This document shows, piece after piece, positions 46,546-56,213 of a stretch of 64,000 nt of DNA. Below the pieces are notes generated by a model, which searched no databases, was not told where the DNA came from, and saw only the letters and a list, made by a program, of their open reading frames with translations. The DNA comes from an uncultured Gemmatimonadales bacterium (GTDB lineage Bacteria > Gemmatimonadota > Gemmatimonadetes > Longimicrobiales > Longimicrobiaceae): contig OY970303.1 in the NCBI GenBank assembly GCA_963716255.1, forward strand, positions 4,320,001 to 4,384,000. The letters run 5' to 3'. A program made the translations under genes and the position numbers. Every line of letters starts with the position of its first letter. The stretch's first letter is position 1.

Positions 46546-49473
46546 TTACCCCCTCCGCCGTCCCGGCCTCCGCGTGGGGCGCGGGCGCTGCTTCTGCCTC
46601 CGGATGCGCTCCCGCTCCAGGCGCGCCTTGCGCTCGCGCTCCAGCTTCTGCCTGCGCGCCTCCTCGATCGCCGCGGGGCTCCCCGGGCGCGGGCGGATGG
46701 CGGCGTCGGTGATCGCCAACGCCACGGCGTCGTGCACCTTCACGCGCACGTCCAGCATCGCCGCCTGCGAGGCGTTGTCCCAGGTGCGGTTGGCCAGCAG
46801 CACCACGAACAACTGCTGCGTCGGGTCGATCCAGATCGAGGTGCCCGTGAAGCCCGTGTGGCCGTAGGACTGCGGCGAGAAGTAGCTCCCCGCCGAGCTG
46901 CGCGCCGCGGGGACGTCCCACCCCCAGGCCCGGTTCCCCACCCGCGTCCGCACCGTGGTGAAGCGGCTCACCGTTTCCGGCGAGTACACCCGCTGCGTCC
47001 CGTAGCTCCCGCCGTTCAGCAGCGTCTGCGAGTACACCGCCAGGTCGCGCGCCGTGGCGAAGAGCCCCGCGTGGCCCGCCACCCCGCCCAGGCGGTACGC
47101 GTTGGCGTCGTGCACCACCCCGCGCAGCACGTGGCCCTGGTTGGAGCGCGCCGCCCCCGGCGCCGTGAAGGGGCGCAGCGCCGCCGGCGGCAGGTACATG
47201 GTGGACGACATCCCCAGCGGCGCGTACACCCGCCGCGCCAGGTACGCGTCCACCGGCATCCCCGCCACCTCCTCCACCAGCGCCGCCAGCAGGATGAAGC
47301 CGAAGTCGCTGTACACCATCCGCTCCCCCGGCCGCGTCACCAGCGTCGCGCGCATCGCCTGCCGCAGCGCCGTGGCCGGCGAGCGCGCGTCGCCGTACAG
47401 CCACTCCCCCGCCGGGAGCCCCGAGGTGTGCGTGAGCAGGTGGCGCACGTTCACCTCGTCCTTGTACCTCCCCGTGAAGCCGGGCAGGTAGCGCTGCACC
47501 GGCGCGTCCAGGCGCAGCCTGCCGTCGTCCACCAGCGCCATCACGGCCGCCGTCGTCCCCGCCACCTTGGTCAGCGAGGCGATGTCGTACAGCGTTTCCG
47601 TGGCGCGCACCGCGCCCGCCCCGCCCGGCAGCCGCCCGTACCCGCGCAGCCGCACCAGCGTCCCGCGGCGCCCCACCGCCAGCGCGGCGCCGGGAAAGGT
47701 CCCCGCCTCCACCGCCGCGCGGATCACCGCGTCCGCCCGCTCCAGCCCCGCCTCGCTCATCCCCGCCTCCGCGGGGTCGCCCTCGCGCAGCATCGGCGCG
47801 GCGGGCCAGCGGGCCGGCGGCGCGTCGCCCCCGTCGGCCAGCACGTCCGGCGACAGCGCCTCCGCCGCCGCGCGCTGCGCCTCCGGCCCCGCGCCCCACG
47901 CCAGCACCACCGAGCGCGCCGGCGGGAGCGAATCGGGCGCGGCGGCGGCCAGGCGCACCAGCACCGTCGGCGGGTCCGGGCGCGCCGCGCGCGGTTTCGC
48001 GCTGTCGGGCCGCGCGGCCGTGCCCGCGCTGTCCGCCCGCGCGAGCAGCCCGCGCGCCGCGTCCAGCAGCGCGGCGCCCGATCCCGGCGCCGTCTCCACC
48101 ACCAGCCAGCAGTCCGCCCGGCGGAGCGCCCGGCCGAAGCCGGCAGGGGCGCCCTCGCCCGCCGGGAAGTACAGCGCGCGCATGGCGGGGAAGCGGCGCG
48201 CGGCCAGTCCGCGGAAGAGCGGGGCGTCGCCCGGGCGGGCCAGGAGCAGCGGTGTCCGGCAGGGGCGCAGCGTCGCGGCCGGCGCCGCGCCGAGCACCAC
48301 CCGCGCCGCCTCCGCCGCCTCGCGCGCCGCCGCCACCGCGTCCGCGGTGCGCAGCAGGGGGAGCAGGCTGTCCGGGTGCACCGCGGGGCGCGCCTCCCCG
48401 CGCAGCCGCTCCTTGGCCGCCAGGATCCTCCGCACCGCCTCGTCCACGCGCGCCGCCGGGATGCGCCCCGCGTTCACCGCCGCCACCAGAGTGTCGATCG
48501 TCGCCCCGGCGTCCGATACTCCCAGGAGCAGGTCCGCGCCCGCCGCCACCGCGAGCACGGCGGCCCGCGCCTCGCCCCGCCCGGCCGCCAGCGCGCTCCC
48601 CGGGCCCACCTCCGCCGCCAGCAGCCCCGCGAACCCCAGGTCGCGGCGCAGCAGCCCCGCCGTCGCCGCGGGCGACGCCGCGAGCGGCACGGAGTCGCCC
48701 GTCAGCGCCGGGAGAGCGAGCACCGGGAGCGTCGCCGCGTCCGCGTCCGCCGCCAGCGCCGCGCGCACCACCGGGAGCTCCACCGCATCCAGGTGAGCCC
48801 GGTCCCAGCGCAGCACGGGAAAGGGGAGCGTGTCCGCCGCGGCGCGCCGCGGCGCGAGGAGGCGGACCGCGGCGAGCGTCCCCTCGCCGCGGAGCCCCTC
48901 CAGGTACGCCGCGACGGCCTTGCCCGCGGCGTCCGGGTCGGGGCGGGGGAGGCCGGCCGGCGCCTCCGCGCCGATCCCCGGGAGCGTCACCAGCGCCAGG
49001 TCCACGCCCAGGGCGCGCGCCTCCGCCCCGGCGATCGCCCCCGCCTCGCGGGCCGCGTCCACCAGCCCGCGCGAGGCGAGCACCGCGGGCGGCGGCAGGT
49101 CGGTGGCCTCCGGCGCAAGGGCGCCCGCTCCGCCGTCCAGCTCCGCCACCGCCAGCAGGGGGACGGGCGCCGCGGCGCGCAGCGCCGCGAGCGCCCCGGC
49201 ACCCGCGCGCGCCGGCCCGCCCCGCAGCAGCACCCCGCCCACGCTGTCCACCTCCACCCGGCGGCGGGCCGCGGCGGCGCCGCCCGCGTCCATCGCGGGT
49301 ACCACCATCTGCGCCACGCGCGCCCGCAGCGTCAGACGTGGGAGCACGCTCTCCGCCCAGCGCTCCTGCGGCTCCTCGCGCCGGCAGCCGCCCAGCGCCA
49401 GCGCGGCGACGAGGAGCGCGCAGGCGAGGCGGCGCGGCGCGGCGACGGCTTTCCGGGCCCGGAGCGGAATCAT
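46546..49473 (-). CDS. Degenerate GH3 (NagZ-like) domain fused to a serine hydrolase (AmiE/beta-lactamase family)
   Basis: LLRRDLGFAGL, AVAAGADLLL, RVDEAVRRILAAK; C-terminal SLTK, YSD, HAGLF, GHTGFTG. Confidence 0.8.
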   Translation of the reverse strand: MIPLRARKAVAAPRRLACALLVAALALGGCRREEPQERWAESVLPRLTLRARVAQMVVPAMDAGGAAAARRRVEVDSVGGVLLRGGPARAGAGALAALRAAAPVPLLAVAELDGGAGALAPEATDLPPPAVLASRGLVDAAREAGAIAGAEARALGVDLALVTLPGIGAEAPAGLPRPDPDAAGKAVAAYLEGLRGEGTLAAVRLLAPRRAAADTLPFPVLRWDRAHLDAVELPVVRAALAADADAATLPVLALPALTGDSVPLAASPAATAGLLRRDLGFAGLLAAEVGPGSALAAGRGEARAAVLAVAAGADLLLGVSDAGATIDTLVAAVNAGRIPAARVDEAVRRILAAKERLRGEARPAVHPDSLLPLLRTADAVAAAREAAEAARVVLGAAPAATLRPCRTPLLLARPGDAPLFRGLAARRFPAMRALYFPAGEGAPAGFGRALRRADCWLVVETAPGSGAALLDAARGLLARADSAGTAARPDSAKPRAARPDPPTVLVRLAAAAPDSLPPARSVVLAWGAGPEAQRAAAEALSPDVLADGGDAPPARWPAAPMLREGDPAEAGMSEAGLERADAVIRAAVEAGTFPGAALAVGRRGTLVRLRGYGRLPGGAGAVRATETLYDIASLTKVAGTTAAVMALVDDGRLRLDAPVQRYLPGFTGRYKDEVNVRHLLTHTSGLPAGEWLYGDARSPATALRQAMRATLVTRPGERMVYSDFGFILLAALVEEVAGMPVDAYLARRVYAPLGMSSTMYLPPAALRPFTAPGAARSNQGHVLRGVVHDANAYRLGGVAGHAGLFATARDLAVYSQTLLNGGSYGTQRVYSPETVSRFTTVRTRVGNRAWGWDVPAARSSAGSYFSPQSYGHTGFTGTSIWIDPTQQLFVVLLANRTWDNASQAAMLDVRVKVHDAVALAITDAAIRPRPGSPAAIEEARRQKLERERKARLERERIRRQKQRPRPTRRPGRRRG

Positions 49474-49943
49474 TAGGTCGGTGGCGAGCGGCGGTCCGGG
49501 CGCTTCCCGGGAAGGATGTCGGGTCTGTGCGGCGGAAAGCAGGATCCGGGCCGGCATGCTGGGGCAAAGGTGGTACATCGTGGGGCGACGCTGTCTCACA
49601 AAACCCCGCTCCGGCCGCCCCGGGGCACCTCCCGTTTCGCCAGCACCGGTGCGGGAAACCGGTGCATGAGGCTACATGGTCTGTCTTTTGCGCGGGTTGT
49701 GGAAACTTTCCCTCCGGGCCCGTCCGGGCCGCGGATCCCGCGCCCGGGAGCGTTCCCGGGCAAGCCGCGCCTCCCGGAACAGAGGGGAGGCGGCAGGGAG
49801 CCTTTCCCGATACGAGCCCCTATCCACAGCGGATGTACAGTGTTGTTCAAGAGCGGTTTGCGGCCGAGGCTCGCGGTGAGCCGTCGGCCCCGGCGGACGC
49901 CCCATCGCTCGCGTCCTACCTTCCATCCGCCAGAAGCGCGAGC

Positions 49944-51428
49944 ATGAGCCGTTCTTCCACGGTCTACGTCGCCGACGACAACCCGGCGATCCTCCAGGGA
50001 CTCGACCGCGCCCTCAGCGCGAACGGGTATCGGGTGCAGACCGCCCACAGCGGTCCCGTCCTGCTGGAGCTCCTCGCCGCCGCGCCCCAGGCGCCCGACC
50101 TTCTCCTGCTGGACGTGATGATGCCGGAGATGAGCGGGCTGGACGTGCTTCGCACCCTGCGGCGCGACCCCCGCTGGATGGACCTTCCCGTCGTCCTGAT
50201 CACCGCCACCAACGACGCCACCCTCCCCGTTTCCGCGCTGCGCGACGGGGCCGTGGACTTCCTGACCAAGCCGTTCCGCCTGGACGAGCTGCTGGCGCGG
50301 GTGGACTCGCACATCCAGCGGCACCAGGAGCTGCGCCGGGCGCGCGAGCAGGCCCGCATGCGCCTGCAGACCATCGACCTGATCCGCGAGCTCAACCGGG
50401 TGGTGACCGCCGACGAGATGTTCCACCTGGTCACCTCCCGCACCGCCGAGATCCTGGGCGTCAGCCGCTGCTCCATGGTGGTGGTGGAGAAGGGGGAGCG
50501 CGGGGAAACGGTGGCGCGCATAGCCGCCTCCTCCGACGAGGGCGCCGAGGGGCGCATCCGCGACCTGGACCGTTATCCCGAGCTGCGCGCCGCCCTGGAG
50601 CGGGGCGCCGCGGTGTGCGTCCCCGACGTGGGCGCCTCGCCGCTCTTCGCGGAGACCCGCGCGGCCTGGGAGCGCGACGGCGGAATTCCCGAGATCCGCT
50701 CCGTGGTCGCCGTGCCCTTCCCCATCACCGACAGCATGACCGGGGTCTTCCTGGAGCGCTCGCTCGCCGGGGAGCCCGTGCTGGGCGAGGGCGCCGAGGA
50801 GCTGGCGCTGCGGGTGGTGGAGGCGGTGGTGCAGGCGTGCGGCCGGGTGCAGGTGTTCCAGAACCTGATCGAGCAGCGGCGGCGGCTGCACGACCTGGCC
50901 CACACCGACGAGCTCACCGGGTGCGCCACGCGGCGCTCGCTGATGCACTTCCTGCGGGAAGAGATGGAGCTGGCCCAGGCGCGCCAGGAGCCGCTGAGCA
51001 TCCTGGTGATGGACGTGGACCGCTTCAAGGAGATCAACGACACCCACGGCCACCTGGCCGGCGACGTCGTGCTCCGCACCCTGGGCGCCTGGCTCAACGC
51101 CGAGGGCGCGCTCCGCAACAACGACCTGGCCGGCCGCTACGGCGGCGACGAGTTCGTGGTGGTGCTCCCGCAGACCCCCGCCGCCGGCGCGCTGCGCTTC
51201 GCCGAGCGGGCGCGCGGCTACTTCGGCGCGGTCCCCTTCGCCTTCGGCGACACCACGGTGCAGGCCACCCTCAGCGTGGGCGTCGCCACCTGGCCCGAGG
51301 TGGACGCCAAGGGCGCCGACGAGCTGATCTCCTCCGCCGACGCCGCCCTGTACATGGCCAAGCAGGGCGGGCGCGACCGCGTCCACCTGGCGCTCCCGAC
51401 CCCGCGCTCGCAGGCGCAGGCCGTGTAG
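49944..51428 (+). CDS. Response-regulator diguanylate cyclase (REC-GAF-GGDEF)
   Basis: DLLLLDVMMP, FLTKP, TDELTG, RNND I-site, RYGGDEF. Confidence 0.92.
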   Translation: MSRSSTVYVADDNPAILQGLDRALSANGYRVQTAHSGPVLLELLAAAPQAPDLLLLDVMMPEMSGLDVLRTLRRDPRWMDLPVVLITATNDATLPVSALRDGAVDFLTKPFRLDELLARVDSHIQRHQELRRAREQARMRLQTIDLIRELNRVVTADEMFHLVTSRTAEILGVSRCSMVVVEKGERGETVARIAASSDEGAEGRIRDLDRYPELRAALERGAAVCVPDVGASPLFAETRAAWERDGGIPEIRSVVAVPFPITDSMTGVFLERSLAGEPVLGEGAEELALRVVEAVVQACGRVQVFQNLIEQRRRLHDLAHTDELTGCATRRSLMHFLREEMELAQARQEPLSILVMDVDRFKEINDTHGHLAGDVVLRTLGAWLNAEGALRNNDLAGRYGGDEFVVVLPQTPAAGALRFAERARGYFGAVPFAFGDTTVQATLSVGVATWPEVDAKGADELISSADAALYMAKQGGRDRVHLALPTPRSQAQAV

Positions 51429-51518
51429 CGCGGCACGGCCGTACAGGGTCCGGCGGGGACGAGGGAGGCGCGGTTCATGCAACCGCGCCTCCCTCGTACT
51501 TCCACACCCGGAGGAAGC

Positions 51519-52304
51519 GTGCGTCCGCTGATCGTCGTCACCACCACCATGGGTCCCGGGGGGGACCACGACCTCCCCCAGGTCCGCCTGTACGCCCAGT
51601 ACATCGCCGCCGTGGAGGCGCACGGAGCGGTCGCACTGCTCCTCACCCCCGGCCACTCCCCGGACTCCGCCCGGCAGCTGCTGGGGATGGCCCACGCCCT
51701 GGTGCTCACCGGGGGCGAGGACGTGGACCCCGCCCGCTACGGCCAGGAGCCCCACCCGGAGCTGGGCGCCGTCAACCCCCCGCGCGACGAGACCGAGTTC
51801 GCCGCGCTGGAGGCGGCGCTCGAGCGCCGCATGCCGGTGCTGGCCATCTGCCGGGGGTGCCAGGTGCTCAACGTGGGGATGGGGGGAACCCTATTCCAGG
51901 ACCTCCCCTCGCAGCGCCCCGGCCGCGTCCACCACGAGCAGACCGCCGCCTGGAACCACCGCTCCCACCACGCGACGGTGCAGGGCGACTCCGGCCTGCG
52001 CCGCATCTTCGGGGTGGACGAGCTGTTCATCAACTCCTTCCACCACCAGGCCGTGGACGCCCTGGCGCCCGGCCTGGCCGCCACCGTCGTCGCCGAGGAC
52101 GGCGTGGTCGAGGGCATCGAGGCCTCCGGCTTCCCCTGGGTGTACGGCGTGCAGTGGCACCCCGAGCGCGGCGAGGCCCACGCCGCCCACGACCAGCGCG
52201 ACCCCGACCGCCGCCTCTTCTGGGCGCTGGTGCAGGCCGCGCGCGAGTTCGGCGAGACCACGGGCGAGCGCGCGGAGCGCGGCGAGGCCGTCGCGAGCGG
52301 CTGA
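51519..52304 (+). CDS. Gamma-glutamyl-gamma-aminobutyrate hydrolase family (peptidase C26)
   Basis: LTGGEDV, LAICRG, NSFHHQ, GVQWHPE; GGAGG RBS plus GTG. Confidence 0.9.
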   Translation: MRPLIVVTTTMGPGGDHDLPQVRLYAQYIAAVEAHGAVALLLTPGHSPDSARQLLGMAHALVLTGGEDVDPARYGQEPHPELGAVNPPRDETEFAALEAALERRMPVLAICRGCQVLNVGMGGTLFQDLPSQRPGRVHHEQTAAWNHRSHHATVQGDSGLRRIFGVDELFINSFHHQAVDALAPGLAATVVAEDGVVEGIEASGFPWVYGVQWHPERGEAHAAHDQRDPDRRLFWALVQAAREFGETTGERAERGEAVASG

Positions 52305-52310
52305 CGACGC

Positions 52311-52362
52311 CGGTACGCAGCACGGAAAACGCGCCCCCGCCGGGATCTTCCGGCGGGGGCGC
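52311..52362 (+). repeat. Family C palindrome between convergent genes
   Basis: GCGCCCCCGCCGGGATCTTCCGGCGGGGGCGC. Confidence 0.7.
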
Positions 52363-52393
52363 TGCCCATGGGTCGATGGAGTGACGCCCGAGT

Positions 52394-53155
52394 CTACTCG
52401 TGTCGAGGCCGTCCGTCCGCCGTCTCCTCCGGCAATGGCCGTCGAGCGAGGATGCGGTCCTTGTGCAGGCGGAGTGTTTCCATCAGCTGGGTGCGCGAGC
52501 GGACGCCCACCTTGTCGTGGATGTGCTGCACGTGGTGCCGGACCGTGTGGACGCTGACGCTCAACGAAAGGGCGATCTCGCGGTTGGTCCTGCCCCGCAT
52601 GACCAGGCGCGCGATCCGGATCTCCGCCGGAGTCAGCCCCTGCTGCTCCAGGTCCCGGTCCGTGAGGGGATCCTGTGAATCGAGCAGGATGAGGGTGGCC
52701 GGGCTGCGGCCATGCCGCGGGACGCCCAGGTCCACCGCCCGCAGGTGCACCTCGGTCCCGTCCAGCGTCACGTGCCGCTCCGTCTGGGGAACGAGCTCCG
52801 TCTTTTCCCGCCCGGCCTCCTCCTCGATCTGGAGGTGCAGGCCCACGCACAGGAAGCGGATCTCCTCCCTGATGCTCTTCCGGGTCTCACCCGCGTCCAG
52901 CCGCTTTCGTGCATTCAGGTTCGCGTGGAGGATCGCCCCCCCGGGGCTGCACAGGACCAGCTCCGCGGGGAAAACGTCCATCACCCTCGCCAGGGCGGTG
53001 GTCAGCGTGTGAAGGCTGATCTCCGCTCCGGGCCGTGCGGGGCCCCGGACGACGCCGTCTGCCGCGGGCGATGCGAGGACGTTCCGATCTTCACCCGCGC
53101 CCGCTTCGTGATCCGTTTCCAAGGCTGTCGGTCTCTGGCCAGAGTGCCGGCTCAT
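52394..53155 (-). CDS. LuxR-type HTH transcriptional regulator (start uncertain)
   Basis: GLTPAEIRIARLVMRGRTNREIALSLSVSVHTVRHH...KVGVRSR. Confidence 0.82.
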   Translation of the reverse strand: MSRHSGQRPTALETDHEAGAGEDRNVLASPAADGVVRGPARPGAEISLHTLTTALARVMDVFPAELVLCSPGGAILHANLNARKRLDAGETRKSIREEIRFLCVGLHLQIEEEAGREKTELVPQTERHVTLDGTEVHLRAVDLGVPRHGRSPATLILLDSQDPLTDRDLEQQGLTPAEIRIARLVMRGRTNREIALSLSVSVHTVRHHVQHIHDKVGVRSRTQLMETLRLHKDRILARRPLPEETADGRPRHE

Positions 53156-53424
53156 CCCGCGCGCAACGCGGATTCCTCGCACGCCGTGGCGCCGGCGATC
53201 CTACCACCCGTCCCCCCCCACGCAGTCGTTTCCCGCCATGACCATCCCATGGGCATTCGTGGCCCATAAAAATGGGCGGTTCCGGTCGATGTACCCGGAC
53301 GGCTCGCGGAGTACCGTGTCCTCTGCGGACCGGCGCCCGCCGGGACTCCGCAGCCTTCCTCCAGTGCAGGCAGTACGCTGCCGCCCGGTGAAGCGCCATC
53401 TCGTTCCATCCTCCGGAGGGATCC

Positions 53425-55227
53425 ATGAACCGATTGCACGTCCTCGCTGCCGCGGGGCTCGTCGCCCTCGCCGGGTGCACGGACGACCCCACGTCGCCGT
53501 CCGTAGCGCCCCCCGAAAACACCAGGCCGGGATTCTCGATCGCCGTCACCCCGTTCGTTACCGCCGACGCCCTGGCGCAGACGCTGGGGGGACCGGGGGT
53601 GACGATCCAGAACGTGACGTACTCGGGTTCCACCACGGCCGCCGCAACGTACACGGGAGGTGAGACCAACGTCGGCTTCAGTGGGATCGTCCTGGCAACC
53701 GGAAGCGCGTCGGACGCGACGGGGCCGAACGACAGCGGCTTCACCACCACTGCCCTCGGCACCCCGGGCGATGCGGACGTGCAGGCCGTCGCCGGGGCTA
53801 CCACATTCGACGCGGCCGTCCTGAGCTTCGAGATCGTTCCCGCCAGTGGCGACAGCGCATACTTCGAGTACGTGTTCGCCTCGGAAGAATATCCGATATT
53901 CGTAGGCTCGGGTTTCACAGACGGCTTCGTCCTCCTGGTCAACGGCCAGAACTGCGCAGTGGTCGGGGACCCGCCGGTTCCCATCACCATCAACACCATC
54001 AACTCCGGGTCGAATTCCTCCCTGTACCGGGACAACACCGGGGCGACGATCGACATCCAGGCCAACGCCCTGACCACCGTGCTTACCTGCAGGGCGGCGG
54101 TCAACCCGGGCGTGCCCAACACCGTGAAGCTCGCGATCGCCGACGGCGGTGACCCGTCCTTCGACTCGTGGGTCTTCATCAAGGCGGGGAGCTTCAGCAC
54201 CACGCCCCCGGGGGAGGAGCCGGCAAACACCGACCCGGTGCTGGCCCCGATCGCCAACCAGGCAGTCAACGAGGGCTCCACGGTGGGCTTCACCGCTTCC
54301 GCGACGGATGCCGACGCGGGCCAGACGATCACCTACTCGCTGATCGGCGCGCCGGCGGGCGCGAGCATCGACCCCGCCACGGGCGCGTTCTCGTGGACGC
54401 CCACGGACGACAATCCCACCGCCACCCCGAGCGACGCCTACACCTTCACCGTGCGGGCGACCGACGACGGAGATCCGGCGGCGTTCGACGAGCAGTCCGT
54501 CACCGTCACCGTGAGCAACGTGGCGCCCACCGTCACCTCGGTCACCGGCCCCGCGGGCCCGATCGGGATGTCCGGCGGCAGCGCGGCGGCCAACATCACG
54601 GTCACGTTCACCGATCCGGGCTCCGGCGACACGCACACCACGTCCATCGCGTGCGGCAACTCGACCAGCGCCAGCGGGGGTACCTGCACGTACACGGCGG
54701 CCGGGGTCTACACCGTCACGGCCACCGTCACGGACGACGACGGCGGGTCCGGCTCCGGGACGTACCAGTACGTCGTGGTCTACGATCCCGGCGCGGGCTT
54801 CGTCACCGGCGGCGGCTGGATCACCTCGCCCACCGGCGCGTACGCGGCCAACCCCGCCCTGACCGGGCGCGCCAACTTCGGCTTCAACAGCAAGTACAAG
54901 AAGGGCGCGCAGGTGCCCGACGGACAGACGCAGTTCAGCTTCCAGGCGGCCGGGTTCAACTTCCACAGCACCGTCTACGAGTGGCTGGTCGTCGCCGGCG
55001 CCAGGGCCCAGTACAAGGGCACCGGGACCATCAACGGCAGCGGCAGCTACTCCTTCATGCTCACCGTGATCGACGGGCAGAGGCCCGGTGGCGGCGGGGT
55101 GGACCGGTTTCGCCTGAAGGTCTGGGGGGCCGGTGGAGTGGTCTACGACAACCAGATGGGTGACGGGGACGACGCGCAGGCCTCGACCGCGCTCGGCGGC
55201 GGCAGCATCGTGATCCACTCCAACTGA
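53425..55227 (+). CDS. Secreted lipoprotein with choice-of-anchor L-like, Ig/cadherin-like and PKD-like domains
   Basis: Lipobox LAGC; YVFASEEY, IADGGD-FDSWVF, ATDAD, TVTDDDGG, FVTGGGWI. Confidence 0.8.
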   Translation: MNRLHVLAAAGLVALAGCTDDPTSPSVAPPENTRPGFSIAVTPFVTADALAQTLGGPGVTIQNVTYSGSTTAAATYTGGETNVGFSGIVLATGSASDATGPNDSGFTTTALGTPGDADVQAVAGATTFDAAVLSFEIVPASGDSAYFEYVFASEEYPIFVGSGFTDGFVLLVNGQNCAVVGDPPVPITINTINSGSNSSLYRDNTGATIDIQANALTTVLTCRAAVNPGVPNTVKLAIADGGDPSFDSWVFIKAGSFSTTPPGEEPANTDPVLAPIANQAVNEGSTVGFTASATDADAGQTITYSLIGAPAGASIDPATGAFSWTPTDDNPTATPSDAYTFTVRATDDGDPAAFDEQSVTVTVSNVAPTVTSVTGPAGPIGMSGGSAAANITVTFTDPGSGDTHTTSIACGNSTSASGGTCTYTAAGVYTVTATVTDDDGGSGSGTYQYVVVYDPGAGFVTGGGWITSPTGAYAANPALTGRANFGFNSKYKKGAQVPDGQTQFSFQAAGFNFHSTVYEWLVVAGARAQYKGTGTINGSGSYSFMLTVIDGQRPGGGGVDRFRLKVWGAGGVVYDNQMGDGDDAQASTALGGGSIVIHSN

Positions 55228-55577
55228 ACCGCTCCAGCCCCACTTCAGCGGCGGGCCGGCCACCACGGCGGCCCGCCGCTCGTCGGCTCTTCCGTAATGG
55301 CGTTCCAAGGGCGGAGCGCTCGCGGATGGACCGCGAACCGATACATTGGGCAAAAATTGGCTGCATGTAGCGGGCCCGACAACATGTGACAGGATCGACG
55401 GCTCACAACCTTCTGCTACAGCAAAGGTCGTATAGAAAGTAGGAGTACATCTATTTACTCGAAACGAGTGCAATATGCACCAAAATGGGACGCGTTCTCC
55501 CATTCCCCGCACCAGTGACTGTCGCCTCGCCTGCCGGCCGCGGGGCCGTCGTGGTGGGATAGAATCGGCGGTATCGA

Positions 55578-55626
55578 GTACGGAGCACGACAAAGTGCCC
55601 CCGCCGGGAGATCCCGGCGGGGGCAC
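55578..55626 (+). repeat. Family C palindrome
   Basis: AGTACGGAGCACG...GTGCCCCCGCCGGGAGATCCCGGCGGGGGCAC. Confidence 0.7.
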
Positions 55627-55839
55627 AGCCCCCCATCCCCCTGGCCCCCTTTCCCCGCAAGCGAGGGAAGGGGGAGCAGGACGGCCCTCACCCGGCTCGC
55701 TTGAGGCTCGTCACCTCTCCCAATTCTGGGAGAGGAGGCAACGGCTGGAATCTGTGTCGTTATTTCCCCTCCCTCGCTTGCGGGGGAGGGGTGGCGCGAA
55801 GCGCCGGGGTGGGGGGCCAGCGGACGCCAGCTCCAGCCC

Positions 55840-55974
55840 GCGTGAGGGATTTCGGCCCGAAGGGGCGAGACCCCGCGGGCAGTTTCGCGGGGGCTCGACT
55901 CCGTTACGCACGGTTGTTCGTGCGTTACGGAGCCGAAGCCCGACCCCGGCGCCAGCCGGGGGCACGCCCGAACC
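55840..55974 (+). repeat. Family A structured repeat (A9)
   Basis: Variable stem ACGCACG/CGTGCGT. Confidence 0.95.
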
Positions 55975-55995
55975 TGCCGTCAAAAGCCGTAGAAG

Positions 55996-56211
55996 TCAGT
56001 AGATGACGCTGAACCCGTCGATCTCGTCCAGCGGAAACCTCATCTCCAGCCCCGTGTTGGGATGCACGGCGAGGATCACTTCCGTGGCTCCCTCGATGCG
56101 CAGCTCCCGCGGCTGGATCACGTACTCCGTCCCGCGGCGCGAGAGCTGCACGCGCGCCCCCTCGTCGATGGCCCGCTCCAGGCGGTCCAGGTCCTGCGGC
56201 CTCCAGCGCAT
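55996..56211 (-). CDS. Small hypothetical protein (71 aa)
   Basis: GAGG RBS; MRWRPQDLDRLERAIDEG...; follows the upstream gene by 2 nt. Confidence 0.65.
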   Translation of the reverse strand: MRWRPQDLDRLERAIDEGARVQLSRRGTEYVIQPRELRIEGATEVILAVHPNTGLEMRFPLDEIDGFSVIY

Positions 56212-56213
56212 CC

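Noticed and set aside
5023..55974. Family A and B repeats as a CRISPR array
   Set aside because: The copies are dispersed, the variable parts are self-complementary stems rather than spacers, and there are no cas genes
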